Positions 1 to 10,388 of a stretch of 64,000 bases of DNA are shown piece after piece. The position numbers and the translations under genes are program-made. Every line of letters begins with the position of its first letter. The stretch's first letter is position 1. The notes beneath the pieces were generated by a model. That model saw only the letters and a list, made by a program, of their open reading frames with translations, ran no database searches and had not been told where the DNA came from. The stretch comes from a candidate division FCPU426 bacterium (GTDB taxonomy: Bacteria > Oederibacteriota > Muellerivitia > Muellerivitales > Muellerivitaceae), in the NCBI GenBank assembly GCA_963719085.1, contig CAVRAL010000001.1:128001-192000 (forward strand). The letters are read 5' to 3'.

Positions 1-47
1 CCCGAAATATTGACGCGAGTTAACCCTTAAGGGTGGTGTGGAGGAGT

Positions 48-266
48 ATGGCAAAGGAAGAAGCGATTTCGGTGGAAGGGGTGGTGATTGAAGCCCTCCC
101 CAACGCAAGTTTTCGAGTGGAATTGGAAAACAAACACGTGGTTTTAGCCCACGTGTCGGGAAAAATGAGGATGAATTTCATAAGAATTCTCCCCGGGGAC
201 CGGGTGACGGTCGAGTTATCGCCTTATGATTTAAGCCGGGGGCGTATTACGTACCGGTTCAAATAA
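48..266 (+). CDS. infA: translation initiation factor IF-1
   Basis: [13 protein letters not shown]...[36 protein letters not shown]; purine-rich GGAGGAG immediately upstream of ATG at 48. Confidence 0.98.
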   Translation: MAKEEAISVEGVVIEALPNASFRVELENKHVVLAHVSGKMRMNFIRILPGDRVTVELSPYDLSRGRITYRFK

Positions 267-307
267 GTTAAAATTTTTTACGTTGGAAAGATAGGAAGGA
301 TAGAAAC

Positions 308-421
308 ATGAAGGTTCGTTCGTCTGTAAAACCTATTTGCGCGAAATGCAAGATCATCCGCCGTAAGCGGGTCATCCGTGTGATTTGCACTAACCCGAAG
401 CACAAACAACGCCAGGGATAA
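308..421 (+). CDS. rpmJ: 50S ribosomal protein L36 (not in ORF track)
   Basis: Hand translation [37 protein letters not shown]; zinc-binding CxxC..C..H form; lies between infA and rpsM. Confidence 0.98.
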   Translation: MKVRSSVKPICAKCKIIRRKRVIRVICTNPKHKQRQG

Positions 422-434
422 TTGAGGAGAATGT

Positions 435-815
435 ATGGCTCGCATCGCAGGAATTGATTTGCCGAAAGAAAAAAGAATCGAAACGGCTTTGACCTATTTA
501 TTTGGAGTGGGGCTGACCCTGTCCAAAAAAATTCTGGTGAAGGCGGGGGTGAACCCGAGCGTCCGGGTGAAGAACCTAAAGGACGACGAGGTGGCCCGGA
601 TTCAAAACGCGATTAACAATGAGAACATCAAGGTCGAAGGCGACTTGCGCCGTGAAATCAGCATGAACATCAAGCGCCTGATCGATATTGGGACTTTCCG
701 TGGCAGCCGCCATCGGAAAGGGTTGCCCGTCCGGGGCCAAAGAACCAAAACGAACGCCCGGACCCGCAAGGGCCCGCGCAAGACGGTGGGAAGCGGTCGT
801 AAAAAAGAAGAATAA
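435..815 (+). CDS. rpsM: 30S ribosomal protein S13
   Basis: [10 protein letters not shown]...[22 protein letters not shown]. Confidence 0.98.
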   Translation: MARIAGIDLPKEKRIETALTYLFGVGLTLSKKILVKAGVNPSVRVKNLKDDEVARIQNAINNENIKVEGDLRREISMNIKRLIDIGTFRGSRHRKGLPVRGQRTKTNARTRKGPRKTVGSGRKKEE

Positions 816-846
816 AATTTAGAGAACAGATTTAAGGAGAAAAAGA

Positions 847-1284
847 GTGGCGGACGAAGTTAAGAAGAATGAACCCAAGACGGAAGTGAAAGACGACAAG
901 GCGGCCCCGTCGGCCGCGGCCAAAAAGGGAAAAAAAGCTCCCCGGAACGGCATTGTCCATGTTCAGTGCACCTTTAATAATACCTTGGTGACCGTGACCG
1001 ACCCTAAAGGCAATGTTGTGACCTGGTCTTCGGCCGGATCCATGAACTTTAAGGGCAGTCGCAAATCAACCCCCTTCGCGGCCCAGATGGCTGCCGAGGC
1101 GGCGGGTAAAAAGGCCTTGGACGCGGGCATGAAGTCCGTTGAGGTTTACGTCAAGGGTCCGGGATCGGGCCGTGAAGCCGCGATCCGCGCCATTCAAACT
1201 TGTGGACTTCAAATTTCCTTAATCAAAGACGTTACACCTGTTCCCCATAATGGTTGCCGGCCGCCCAAGCGCCGGCGCGTATAA
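847..1284 (+). CDS. rpsK: 30S ribosomal protein S11
   Basis: [41 protein letters not shown] start with N-terminal extension. Confidence 0.97.
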   Translation: MADEVKKNEPKTEVKDDKAAPSAAAKKGKKAPRNGIVHVQCTFNNTLVTVTDPKGNVVTWSSAGSMNFKGSRKSTPFAAQMAAEAAGKKALDAGMKSVEVYVKGPGSGREAAIRAIQTCGLQISLIKDVTPVPHNGCRPPKRRRV

Positions 1285-1296
1285 AGGAGCCGATTC

Positions 1297-1917
1297 ATGA
1301 GTGTCCAAGCGGTTTGCCGTATCTGCCGTCGCGAAGGTATGAAGCTTTATTTGAAAGGAACCCGCTGCGAAAGCGAGAAGTGCGCTTTCGAGAGGCGCGG
1401 TTACGCTCCCGGCCAACACGGCCAAAAACGGCGCAAAGATACCGAGTACGGCCTTCAATTGCGTGAAAAACAAAAAGTCAAACGCATCTATGGAGTCTTG
1501 GAAAAACAATTCCGCCGTTATTTCTCCATCGCGTCCCGCACCAAGGGCGTGACGGGCGAAACCTTGCTCCAATTGTTGGAGCAACGGTTGGATAACACGG
1601 TTTACCGCTTGGGCTTCGCCGAATCCCGGCGCCAGGCCCGCCAAGTGGTTCGCCACGGCATGGTGGTCGTCAACGGAAAGAAAGTCGATATTCCTTCTTA
1701 TACGTTGAAGGCCGGGGACAAAATTTCGATTCAGGATAGGTTCAAGGAGAACCCGGTCTTGAAGCGATCGGTGGAATCCTTGCAAAAGCGGGGCGTTCCG
1801 GAATGGCTGGAAGTGGACACAACCACCTTGTCGGGCAGCTTCAAAAAGGTACCGACGAAGGACGAGATCGCTCTGCCGGTTCAAGAACAGCTCATCGTCG
1901 AATTGTACTCAAAGTAA
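1297..1917 (+). CDS. rpsD: 30S ribosomal protein S4
   Basis: [47 protein letters not shown]. Confidence 0.98.
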   Translation: MSVQAVCRICRREGMKLYLKGTRCESEKCAFERRGYAPGQHGQKRRKDTEYGLQLREKQKVKRIYGVLEKQFRRYFSIASRTKGVTGETLLQLLEQRLDNTVYRLGFAESRRQARQVVRHGMVVVNGKKVDIPSYTLKAGDKISIQDRFKENPVLKRSVESLQKRGVPEWLEVDTTTLSGSFKKVPTKDEIALPVQEQLIVELYSK

Positions 1918-1944
1918 TAGGACTTATTTCAAGCGGGAGGCGTT

Positions 1945-2958
1945 ATGCAAATTGGAAATGTTCAGATTCCCAAGTTTTTAGATTATGAAAAGGAAAGCTT
2001 GTCGCCGACTTACGGCAAGTTCATCGCCGAGCCCTTTGAGCGCGGTTACGGCCAGTCCGTGGGTAATTCTTTGCGAAGGATTCTTTTGTCCTCGATTACG
2101 GGCGCCGCGGTGACCTCGGTGAAATTCGGGGGAGTTTCCCACGAATATTCCTCGATTCCGGGCGTGGTGGAAGACACCACGGAGATCATCCTGAATTTAA
2201 AAGAACTCAAGATCAAATTGTTCGGCAACGGCCCCAAGACCCTGCATTTGACCGTCAAGGGCGAGCGCAACGTGGTGGCCGCGGATATTAAAACCGACGC
2301 CGATGTTGAGATTCTGAACCCCCAATTGCATTTGGCGACCTTGACCGAGGATGACGCGGTTTTGGATGTTGAGATTGAGGTGGCGGAAGGCCGGGGTTAT
2401 TCCCCTTCGGAGCGCAACAAGCGGGAAGGACAAGCGATCGGCGTGATGCCGGTGGACTCTATCTTCACCCCGGTTTCCCAGGTCAAGTATTCGGTGGAAT
2501 CGGCCCGTATCGGCCAGGTCACGGATTATGACAAGCTGATCATTGAAATCTGGACCGACGGACGCATTCACCCCGAGGACGCCATGGCCCACGCGGCCAA
2601 GATCTTGCGCGACTCTCTGCAGATCTTTATCAACTTCGAGGAAGAGCCCGTCCAACAAGATGACTCCGTCAGCGAGGAAGAAGAGCGGCTTCGCGAGCTT
2701 TTGAGCGAAAGTGTGGAAGAATTGGAGTTGTCGGTTCGCTCCGCCAATTGCTTGAAGACGGCCAACATCAAGACCATCGGGGATTTGGTCCGTAAGACCG
2801 AGTCCGATATGTTGAAGTACAAAAATTTTGGCCGCAAGTCCTTGAACGAAATCAAGGAAATCCTGAACGGCATGGGCCTGTCCTTTGGAACCGATGTGGA
2901 TGGGATTCTGGCCAAGGGAAAAACCGGCGTTGCCTCCCGAGTGGAAGTTAAAGTCTAA
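1945..2958 (+). CDS. rpoA: RNA polymerase alpha subunit
   Basis: EPFERGYG..GNSLRRILLSSI; alpha-CTD ELELSVRSANCLK...KNFGRKSLNEIK. Confidence 0.98.
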   Translation: MQIGNVQIPKFLDYEKESLSPTYGKFIAEPFERGYGQSVGNSLRRILLSSITGAAVTSVKFGGVSHEYSSIPGVVEDTTEIILNLKELKIKLFGNGPKTLHLTVKGERNVVAADIKTDADVEILNPQLHLATLTEDDAVLDVEIEVAEGRGYSPSERNKREGQAIGVMPVDSIFTPVSQVKYSVESARIGQVTDYDKLIIEIWTDGRIHPEDAMAHAAKILRDSLQIFINFEEEPVQQDDSVSEEEERLRELLSESVEELELSVRSANCLKTANIKTIGDLVRKTESDMLKYKNFGRKSLNEIKEILNGMGLSFGTDVDGILAKGKTGVASRVEVKV

Positions 2959-2994
2959 TAAACCGCGATTTGATCAGAAAGAAGAGGATTTATC

Positions 2995-3474
2995 ATGCGA
3001 CACGCAGCACACCATGGCCGGTTGGGAGTTCAACCCGCTCACCGCAGGGCGATGATCCGCAATATGGTCACGTCCCTTTTGAAACACGAACGGATCCGTA
3101 CGACCAAGACCCGGGCCAAGGAAGTGCGCCGTTACGCCGAGCAAATGGTCACTCTGGCTAAAAAAGACACGCTGGCCGCCAAGCGCCAGGTTTTGGGTTT
3201 TGTGCGGGAACGGGAAGTGGTGAACAAGCTTTTTAAAACCCTCATTTACCGTTACGCCGAACGCAAGGGAGGTTATACCCGCATCTTGAGGCTAGCTCCC
3301 CGCCCGGGCGATGGCGCGGACATGGTTTTCCTGGAATTGGTGGATCGGGCCGTGGCCGAAAAGGGCACCGAGCCGAAGAGCGATAAAAAAGCCAAGGGTG
3401 AAACGGCCGCTCCGGCGACTGAGGCCCCGGCCGAAGGCGCTAAGAAGAAAAAGGAAACGACCGCTTCCGTTTAA
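2995..3474 (+). CDS. rplQ: 50S ribosomal protein L17
   Basis: MRH..HRRAMIRNMVTSLLKHERIRTT..AKE; GGYTRI; R.GDGA. Confidence 0.97.
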   Translation: MRHAAHHGRLGVQPAHRRAMIRNMVTSLLKHERIRTTKTRAKEVRRYAEQMVTLAKKDTLAAKRQVLGFVREREVVNKLFKTLIYRYAERKGGYTRILRLAPRPGDGADMVFLELVDRAVAEKGTEPKSDKKAKGETAAPATEAPAEGAKKKKETTASV

Positions 3475-3555
3475 GCTTTTGATTCACCCATCAAGCGAAA
3501 AGGCGGGCGTTTTCTTTTGACCTCGCCTTTTTTCAAGCTTAAAATGAGTCCACTT

Positions 3556-4080
3556 ATGACCTCTTCCTCATTCCATTGGTTCAAGGTTCTTTCGCTCTCC
3601 ATTTTGCTTTTATCGTTTTCAGCCGCCCGGCTTCACGCCCAATCCGACTTAGGCTTGGACGGCAGCCTGGAATCCAACCACCAAACCCATTTTTACAAAG
3701 ATCCTACCAAGGCTTTTTTGGTCAGCTTTTTCCCCGGGTTTCTTATCCATGGTTACGGGCATTTTTACGCCGAGGATAATTTAATGGGGACCGCGCTTCT
3801 AACCGGCGAAGTTCTCTCCCTAACTTCCATTGGAGCCGGATTGCTCATTAAGTCCGACACCACCACTTTTTCCGGGGGGATTTTAGGCGATTCGGCTAAC
3901 GCCAACCAAGTCGGCAGCAACATGATTATTGGCGGCGTGATTCTTTTCGCCGTGACTTGGGTTGTGGATATGGCCCACGCGCCCACGGTGGCCGAGGAGT
4001 ATAACCAAGAATTTAATCTCCAGCCGGTCGCGTCCTTAGAAAATAATCGGATGTCGCTCGCGTTAGCCTGCCGATTCTAG
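3556..4080 (+). CDS. hypothetical exported/membrane protein
   Basis: Signal-like N-terminus, 'KDP..AFLVSFFPG..GYGHFY' segment, hydrophobic helices, C-terminal Phe; start uncertain (3544 or 3556). Confidence 0.6.
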   Translation: MTSSSFHWFKVLSLSILLLSFSAARLHAQSDLGLDGSLESNHQTHFYKDPTKAFLVSFFPGFLIHGYGHFYAEDNLMGTALLTGEVLSLTSIGAGLLIKSDTTTFSGGILGDSANANQVGSNMIIGGVILFAVTWVVDMAHAPTVAEEYNQEFNLQPVASLENNRMSLALACRF

Positions 4081-4162
4081 TTTTTTCCGCTTTTCCTTTC
4101 TTTCAGTTCACCTCTAGGTTCTTGTCCGATCCCCCGGTTAAAATAGCCTCAAGGAGTTACTC

Positions 4163-5590
4163 TTGAGGGATTTGCATATCATTCTGTATTTGGCGAGCCT
4201 TGTCTTTTCCCTCGTTACCGCGGGGCACGCGGTCCTTTATAAAAGGGATACGCGGGCGGCGCTGGGCTGGCTCGCGCTTTGTTTGCTGGTCCCTTGGATA
4301 GGCGGCGCGCTTTACTGGATATTCGGGGTTAATCGAGTCCAAACCCACGCGCAAGATCTTCATCGGCGTGGCCGTTGGAAATATTTAAAGGACGAAAGTT
4401 CCGGCTCGGTTAAAACCGCCGACTTAGAAGTTTCCGTACCCGCGTCTTTTGAACCCCTCCACCGTCTTTCCACCGCGGTCACTCAGCGCCCCCTCTTAGC
4501 GGGAAATCAAGTGCGCTTGCTTCGCGATGGGGAAGAGGCCTATCCGGCCATGTTGGAGGCCATCGGCGCGGCCCGCGACTGGGTTTATCTTTCTACCTAT
4601 ATCTTTGACTCGGACGAAACGGGACGCCGGTTTGTCGCGGCGCTCTCCCAAGCCGTGGCTCGAGGCGTCCGGGTCCGGGTTTTGGTGGACGCTTTTGGCG
4701 CCCAGTATTCTTTTCCGCAGGTGTCGGGTTTATTGAAAAGGGCTCAAGTGCCATTCTCGAAATTCCTGCCTTTCTCCCTGTCACTGGACCGGTTTCACCC
4801 TAATTTAAGAAACCATCGAAAGATGCTTTTGGTGGATAACCGTATCGCCTTCACCGGCGGCATGAATATCGGGGACCGGCACCTGGCGCAAAAGCTTCCC
4901 CGCCAAGGACGGGTCAGCGACCTTCATTTCGCCTTGACCGGCCCGGTGACGCAGGAATTGCAGAATGTTTTTTTGGAGGATTGGTTTTTTTCCTCGGGCG
5001 AATCGATCGCGCCGGCGGCGGCGGCCGGTCCTATGTCCGGCGAGGTCTTGGCCCGGGTGGTGAGCAGCGGCCCAAATGAGGATTTTGAGAAACTCAGTTG
5101 GATTTTATTAGGCGCTTTGTCGGCGGCCCGTGAAAAAGTAAAAATTATCACGCCTTATTTCGTGCCCGACCGGGTGATGATATCCGCGTTAAACGCCGCG
5201 GCCTTGAGGGGCATCCGCGTGGAAATCATTCTGCCCCAAAAAAACAACCTACCTTTTGTGGGTTGGGCCAGCCGGGCGCTTCTGGGGGAAATGCTCGAAA
5301 AGGGCGTCCACTTTTATTATCAGCCGCCTCCCTTTGCCCATACCAAATTGATGGTGGTGGATGGCTATTATGGATTGATTGGCTCCAGTAATTGGGACGC
5401 CCGCAGTTTTAGGCTGAATTTTGAGTTGGATGTTGAAACTTACGGCTTGGATTTCGCGGGGGATTTGGAAGGCTATTTTCAAGCGGTTCAAGCCCGCGTG
5501 CGCCCGGTCACCCTCGAGGACCTTCGCCGGGATTCTTTCTTTTCCCGGTTTCGAAACGCTTTTTTCAACCTGTTTTCCCCTTATTTGTGA
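4163..5590 (+). CDS. cls: cardiolipin synthase (phospholipase D family)
   Basis: Two N-terminal TM helices; two HKD motifs (NHRKMLLVD, AHTKLMVVD); ends FSPYL. Confidence 0.9.
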   Translation: MRDLHIILYLASLVFSLVTAGHAVLYKRDTRAALGWLALCLLVPWIGGALYWIFGVNRVQTHAQDLHRRGRWKYLKDESSGSVKTADLEVSVPASFEPLHRLSTAVTQRPLLAGNQVRLLRDGEEAYPAMLEAIGAARDWVYLSTYIFDSDETGRRFVAALSQAVARGVRVRVLVDAFGAQYSFPQVSGLLKRAQVPFSKFLPFSLSLDRFHPNLRNHRKMLLVDNRIAFTGGMNIGDRHLAQKLPRQGRVSDLHFALTGPVTQELQNVFLEDWFFSSGESIAPAAAAGPMSGEVLARVVSSGPNEDFEKLSWILLGALSAAREKVKIITPYFVPDRVMISALNAAALRGIRVEIILPQKNNLPFVGWASRALLGEMLEKGVHFYYQPPPFAHTKLMVVDGYYGLIGSSNWDARSFRLNFELDVETYGLDFAGDLEGYFQAVQARVRPVTLEDLRRDSFFSRFRNAFFNLFSPYL

Positions 5591-5656
5591 CCTTGGCATT
5601 GGGTTTGCCGGAACCCGTAAACGGGATTAAAATGTGTCTTTATGAAAGGGGGTCGT

Positions 5657-7180
5657 ATGAGACTTATTAAATATTTTCTAATGGTTTTTATATCTGGGAT
5701 CGGCGGATTACTTCCGGTTTGGGCGGATTCCTTACAATCGTTAAACGCGGGAACGAGCCCCCGGGGCGTGGCCACGGGTCGCGTGATGGATCCTAAAGTC
5801 GAAGATCTCATCGTGGCTAATTTCGGATCGCCTACCTTTATCGGTCAAAATACCCCGGTTTCCCAGATGGATCCAAGCCAATCCAACCTCCAAGTTTTTA
5901 TTCCATCCGCTATGGGGCTGAAACTTTTCACCTCTTTCCAAACCGCGGCCGGTCCCCGGGGGGTGGCTGTTGGTGACCTCGACGGTTCGGGAATTCAATC
6001 GATTTTGGTGAGCGCCTATGACGCCCAAAAAATCCAGATTTTTCAGTGGCAGCATGGGCAGTTTCAAAATATGGGGGAAGCACCCACATTGGCTCAACCA
6101 GTGGGGTTGGCGGTCGGGAAGACACGCTCCGGGGGCACCTTGTTCGCGGCGGTAGCCGATTATGGCGCCAACAGCCTTTCCCTTTTCCCCATTGTCCAAG
6201 GCAAATTGGGCCCCCGGGTGGATATTCCGGTATCGGGAAGCCCGGTTCAGGTGGCCATTGGCGATTTCAACGGCGATGGGGAAAACGAGATCGCCGTGGC
6301 GGATTTGTCGGCCGATAAAGTGGAGATATTCAAAAAACCGGTTTCCTCAATCGATAGCGACTTGGCGGCTTATAGCCTTTGCCAAACCTTGACCCTGGCG
6401 CCGGGGAGCTCACCCTCGGCTTTGGCCGCCGCCGATTTGAACGGGGACGGCCTTGTTGATTTAGTGGTTTCGGGCTTTCAGTCCAACAATCTTTCGGTTT
6501 TTCTCCAGCAAAAAGACGGCTCACTTTTCGCTTTGCCGCCTTTCACCACCACTGGCCTGCATCCCAATGGATTGACGGTCGAGGATTTAAAAGGGGATGG
6601 AAAAAAAGAAATTATTGTGGCGAACCGCGACTCGGATTCCTTGGATGTCTTTGAATGGATGGGCGGGACTTTTCAATTGTTGGAAACCCTTCCGGTGGCC
6701 GCCGGTCCGGTGAGTTCTTTTGGGCCCGTGGAAGTGGCGGCGCTGGACACCCGAAACCAGGGTGTTTTGGATTTAGCCGTCAGCCATATGCGGACCAACA
6801 GTGTGGAAATCCTGTCGCAGGGGTTGACCCTCGTGGGCGTTAGCCCCACGCCGACGGCGTCCGGCACCCCATCGGTCGGTGTTGGAACCGGCTTTTCATC
6901 GCAGACCACCTTCGCGTTTCCTAATCCGAATTATGACGGGAAAGTGAGGTTCAGTTTTAATTTGACTTCATCGACCCGGGTGAGCCTGCAAGTTTTTGAG
7001 GTCACGGGACAATTGGTTTGGTCCAAAACCCTGGAGGCCTCACAGACCCAGGCGGGAACCAATTTGGTGAATTGGGACGCGGTTAATGGGGCGGGACAGG
7101 CACTGGCCAGCGGCCTTTATGTTTACCGAATCAGCGCAGGTGGGCAAAGTGTCATTAAAAAGCTGGCCATCCTCCACTAA
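5657..7180 (+). CDS. secreted FG-GAP/VCBS-repeat protein with C-terminal FlgD-Ig/T9SS-CTD-like domain
   Basis: Signal peptide; repeated GDLDG/GDFNGDG/ADLNGDG motifs; Pro/Thr linker; C-terminus FPNP...WD...LASGLYVYRI...KKLAILH. Confidence 0.8.
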   Translation: MRLIKYFLMVFISGIGGLLPVWADSLQSLNAGTSPRGVATGRVMDPKVEDLIVANFGSPTFIGQNTPVSQMDPSQSNLQVFIPSAMGLKLFTSFQTAAGPRGVAVGDLDGSGIQSILVSAYDAQKIQIFQWQHGQFQNMGEAPTLAQPVGLAVGKTRSGGTLFAAVADYGANSLSLFPIVQGKLGPRVDIPVSGSPVQVAIGDFNGDGENEIAVADLSADKVEIFKKPVSSIDSDLAAYSLCQTLTLAPGSSPSALAAADLNGDGLVDLVVSGFQSNNLSVFLQQKDGSLFALPPFTTTGLHPNGLTVEDLKGDGKKEIIVANRDSDSLDVFEWMGGTFQLLETLPVAAGPVSSFGPVEVAALDTRNQGVLDLAVSHMRTNSVEILSQGLTLVGVSPTPTASGTPSVGVGTGFSSQTTFAFPNPNYDGKVRFSFNLTSSTRVSLQVFEVTGQLVWSKTLEASQTQAGTNLVNWDAVNGAGQALASGLYVYRISAGGQSVIKKLAILH

Positions 7181-7207
7181 AGCTAAAGGATGGCCGGCTT
7201 GGATCGA

Positions 7208-7681
7208 TTAAGCGCTGGCCTTCACATCGCCCTTGGCGGCGTCGGTCGGCGGTTCGTTCGGTGAAAAGATTTGGTTGGAGTTCTTGTGGGAACCCTTGGT
7301 CAGCCGGTAACCGGCCGCTTCCAAGGCTTGTTTCCAACTTCCGTATTCCCGGCGCGCGGCCGAATAGAGGGCTAATCGGTCCCGGTAGGTTGTCAGCAGA
7401 TTTTTCGAGCCGGCTTGTTGAATGGCTTCCAAAACCTCTTCCTTCGACCATTTGGTCAGTTTTTCGCGGCGACGGGCCTTACCCGCTTCCAAAATATTGT
7501 CATAATCAATACCCGCGGCTTTGACGGCGTTGGACCAACTGGCGAAGTACCGGCGGGAACAAGAAGCCGTAAAAAGCGGTATGTAGTTCTTCGAGATATT
7601 GCTGGCCGAAATATCAACATTTTTAGCCTTTAAATCCTTAATCGTTTCGATGATTTTCTCTTTTGACCATTTCTGTTTCAT
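7208..7681 (-). CDS. hypothetical protein with two tandem 'KWSKE...SW..A..AAG' helical repeats (probable nucleic-acid binding)
   Basis: Internal duplication KWSKEKII...FASWSNAVKAAG / KWSKEEVL...YGSWKQALEAAG; GGGAGA SD upstream of ATG 7681. Confidence 0.7.
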   Translation of the reverse strand: MKQKWSKEKIIETIKDLKAKNVDISASNISKNYIPLFTASCSRRYFASWSNAVKAAGIDYDNILEAGKARRREKLTKWSKEEVLEAIQQAGSKNLLTTYRDRLALYSAARREYGSWKQALEAAGYRLTKGSHKNSNQIFSPNEPPTDAAKGDVKASA

Positions 7682-8376
7682 GTTAACTCTCCCAAGTAGT
7701 TGCACCCTTTTGGTGAGGTGTTTATTAAACTTATAATATATTACGAAGGGTTATGATTCAATAGCATATATTATGTCAATTCAATTTTTGTTAATATTTG
7801 TTGTTTTTAAGTATTATCAAATTTGATAGCTTTTCAAGGGCTTTGTAGTTTGGACGAGGCCAAAGCCGGAAAAAGGTCGTTTGAGAGCAGGGCGCATTTC
7901 AGCTTTGGACCGGTTTTGGGGGCATCGCTTTTGGCCTTCATTTTTGTTCTTAGAAATTAACGCGGAGTTCTCAAAATGAGCCGCGGAAAATGGACTCGGT
8001 CGCGGGGCGAGGTTTTTGGCATGATGTTTTTTCTATCCTTGGGTTTGTTCAAACAGGGAATCGGAAGGGCCTTTTTCGCTTACGTGCATTTGGATGACGG
8101 GCCCGAAATTTAAACCTGTTTTGGCGGTTCTGTTGAGGGGACGGTTTTTATCCGAACGATTGCCGCGACCTTGTTTTTGAAAGCGGCCCTGAGGGGTTTA
8201 TAATTCTTGTCACGCTCAATCCTCGGGAAATTTATGTGCGGGGTTTTATGGGGCGATGTTATATTTGGGAGCTGTTGATTGGCCTTCGAGCCCTGGCCCG
8301 AAAAGAGATTTAACGGATGACACCGATTTTTTCCCTTTCGATTCTTAATCTTTCTTCTAAAAGACCCGATTAATTT

Positions 8377-10299
8377 ATGGCCCTCTCCCTGGATCCTCAA
8401 GCGGAATGGTTGGAAACCGACGGTTTGGGCGGTTTCGCGTCCGGCACCGTCAACCAAATCCGCACCCGCCGATATCACGCGCTTCTTTTGGCGGCCGCCC
8501 ATCCGCCCGGCGACCGGTTTGTTTTAGTGAACGGCTTGGAAGTGGGGATCGAAACCGCTTCGGGCACTTACGCGCTTACCAGCCACCGCTATGATCCTGA
8601 CGTGCTTTTTCCGGATGGCGTCAAGCGCCTTAAAGCTTTTGAGCCGGATCCCTGGCCGCGGTGGACTTTCAAGCTCGAGGACGGAACCGAGATCGAGCAG
8701 GAAATTTTTGTTAAAAAAGGCACGCCCCTGACGGCTATCCGCTGGGTGTTGAAGACGCCGGGAAAAAAGGCCACCTTATCCGTCCGGCCCCTGATTTCGG
8801 GCCGGGACTATCATTCACTCCACCGCGAGAATGGTTTTTTCAAATTTTCACCGGTCACCCATGAGAACCAAGTCGAATGGAAGCCTTACCCGGGCGTGCC
8901 GGGAATCGTGGCTTATTTCAACGGGGCCTATTTTCAGGAACCCGAATGGTTTAAAAATTTCGCTTATACACGGGAAAAAGAACGGGGTTTGGATTACACC
9001 GAGGACCTGGCCGCGCCGGGCGTTTTTCGGTTTGACCTGGACCGTTCGGAAGCCATCCTGATTTTGACGACCTCGGAGCAAGGCGGAAACCTGCTGGACC
9101 CCGTGCCGGCCAATTATTTCCGAAAAATCGAAGAGGAAGAGCGCGTCAGGCGCCAAGCTTTCCCCACGCGTCTGCACCGATCGGCGGACGATTATTTGGT
9201 CCAACGGGACTACGGCAAGACCATCATGGCGGGTTATCCCTGGTTCATGGATTGGGGACGGGACGCCTTCATCTCCATCCGCGGTTTGTGCCTGGCCACC
9301 GGCCGCTTGGAAGAGGCTTCCGCGATTCTTTTGGGATGGGCCGATAAGATTTCCCAAGGAATGCTTCCGAACCGTTTTCCCGATCAGGGGGAATTGCCCG
9401 AGTATAATTCGGTCGACGCCTCGCTTTGGTACGTGATCGCGGTGGCGGAGCTGCTCAGGCGCCGGGGACCGGGCTTCCCCCAGGGGAACCGGATTAAATT
9501 AATGGATACGGTGGACGCGGTTCTGTCCTTTTACGCCAAAGGAACCCGTTATGGTATTCAAATGGACTCCGATTTTCTTTTACAGGCGGGAGAGCCGGGT
9601 TCCCAATTGACTTGGATGGACGCCAAGGCCAATGGGGTTCCGGTCACGCCCCGCGTCGGAAAACCCGTGGAAGTCCAGGCCCTTTGGCTCAACGCCCTTT
9701 TTGCCATGCGGGATCGGTTTCCCCAATGGCATGAGCCGGCGGAAGAAGGACTTAAAAGTTTCCGATCCAAATTTTGGAACGAGGCCGCCGGCTGCCTTTA
9801 TGACGTGGTGGACGTCAACCATCAAAAAGACCAGAAAGACCCCGCGATTCGTCCCAACCAACTCTTGGCGGTCGGCGGGCTTCCCTTAAACCTTTTGCCG
9901 CTCGACCAAGCCCGGCGCGTGGTGGATCTGGCGGAGTCCCAGCTATGGACGCCTTCAGGAATAAGGTCGCTGTCTTTCAAAGACCCGGCTTATCAAAGCA
10001 CCTATCAGGGCAACTCGCTTATCCGGGACGCCGCCTATCACCAGGGAACCGTTTGGCCTTGGCTGGCGGGTCCTTTTGTGGAGGCCTGGGTCCGGGTGCG
10101 CGGTGAGACGCAAGCGGCCAAGCGGGAGGCGCGCGAAAAATTTCTGGAGCCGCTTTTGATCCAGGGCCGGTCCTTCGGCTTGGCCCATTTGCCGGAGATC
10201 GCGGACGGTGAATCTCCTTTTACGCCCCGGGGTTGTCCCTTTCAAGCCTGGTCCGTGGGCGAAGCCCTCCGGTTAAGCGAGGAAGTTTTGCGCGGATAA
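8377..10299 (+). CDS. glycogen debranching enzyme (amylo-alpha-1,6-glucosidase)
   Basis: EWLETDGLGGFASGT..TRRYHALL; AGYPWF.DWGRD; QLTWMDAK; RPNQL; YHQGTVWPWL; GCPFQAWS. Confidence 0.92.
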   Translation: MALSLDPQAEWLETDGLGGFASGTVNQIRTRRYHALLLAAAHPPGDRFVLVNGLEVGIETASGTYALTSHRYDPDVLFPDGVKRLKAFEPDPWPRWTFKLEDGTEIEQEIFVKKGTPLTAIRWVLKTPGKKATLSVRPLISGRDYHSLHRENGFFKFSPVTHENQVEWKPYPGVPGIVAYFNGAYFQEPEWFKNFAYTREKERGLDYTEDLAAPGVFRFDLDRSEAILILTTSEQGGNLLDPVPANYFRKIEEEERVRRQAFPTRLHRSADDYLVQRDYGKTIMAGYPWFMDWGRDAFISIRGLCLATGRLEEASAILLGWADKISQGMLPNRFPDQGELPEYNSVDASLWYVIAVAELLRRRGPGFPQGNRIKLMDTVDAVLSFYAKGTRYGIQMDSDFLLQAGEPGSQLTWMDAKANGVPVTPRVGKPVEVQALWLNALFAMRDRFPQWHEPAEEGLKSFRSKFWNEAAGCLYDVVDVNHQKDQKDPAIRPNQLLAVGGLPLNLLPLDQARRVVDLAESQLWTPSGIRSLSFKDPAYQSTYQGNSLIRDAAYHQGTVWPWLAGPFVEAWVRVRGETQAAKREAREKFLEPLLIQGRSFGLAHLPEIADGESPFTPRGCPFQAWSVGEALRLSEEVLRG

Positions 10300-10388
10300 G
10301 GGAGCGGAAAGCCGTCTTTCTTGGTGAACTTGACACCGGGCTTCGTTAAAATCCATAGGCTTTTCAACCGAACCGAAACGGGGCCTTC

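Noticed and set aside
7754..7781. dif-like sequence TGATTCAATAG-CATATA-TTATGTCAATT
   Set aside because: The XerD-like arm is fair but the XerC arm is poor. Gene orientation stays + on both sides and ribosomal operons are adjacent, arguing against a terminus. The TGTCAA is equally explained as a minus-strand -35 box.
8110..8502. 130-aa minus-strand ORF in the gap before the debranching enzyme
   Set aside because: Overlaps the start of the debranching gene antisense, has no motifs, and has atypical composition.
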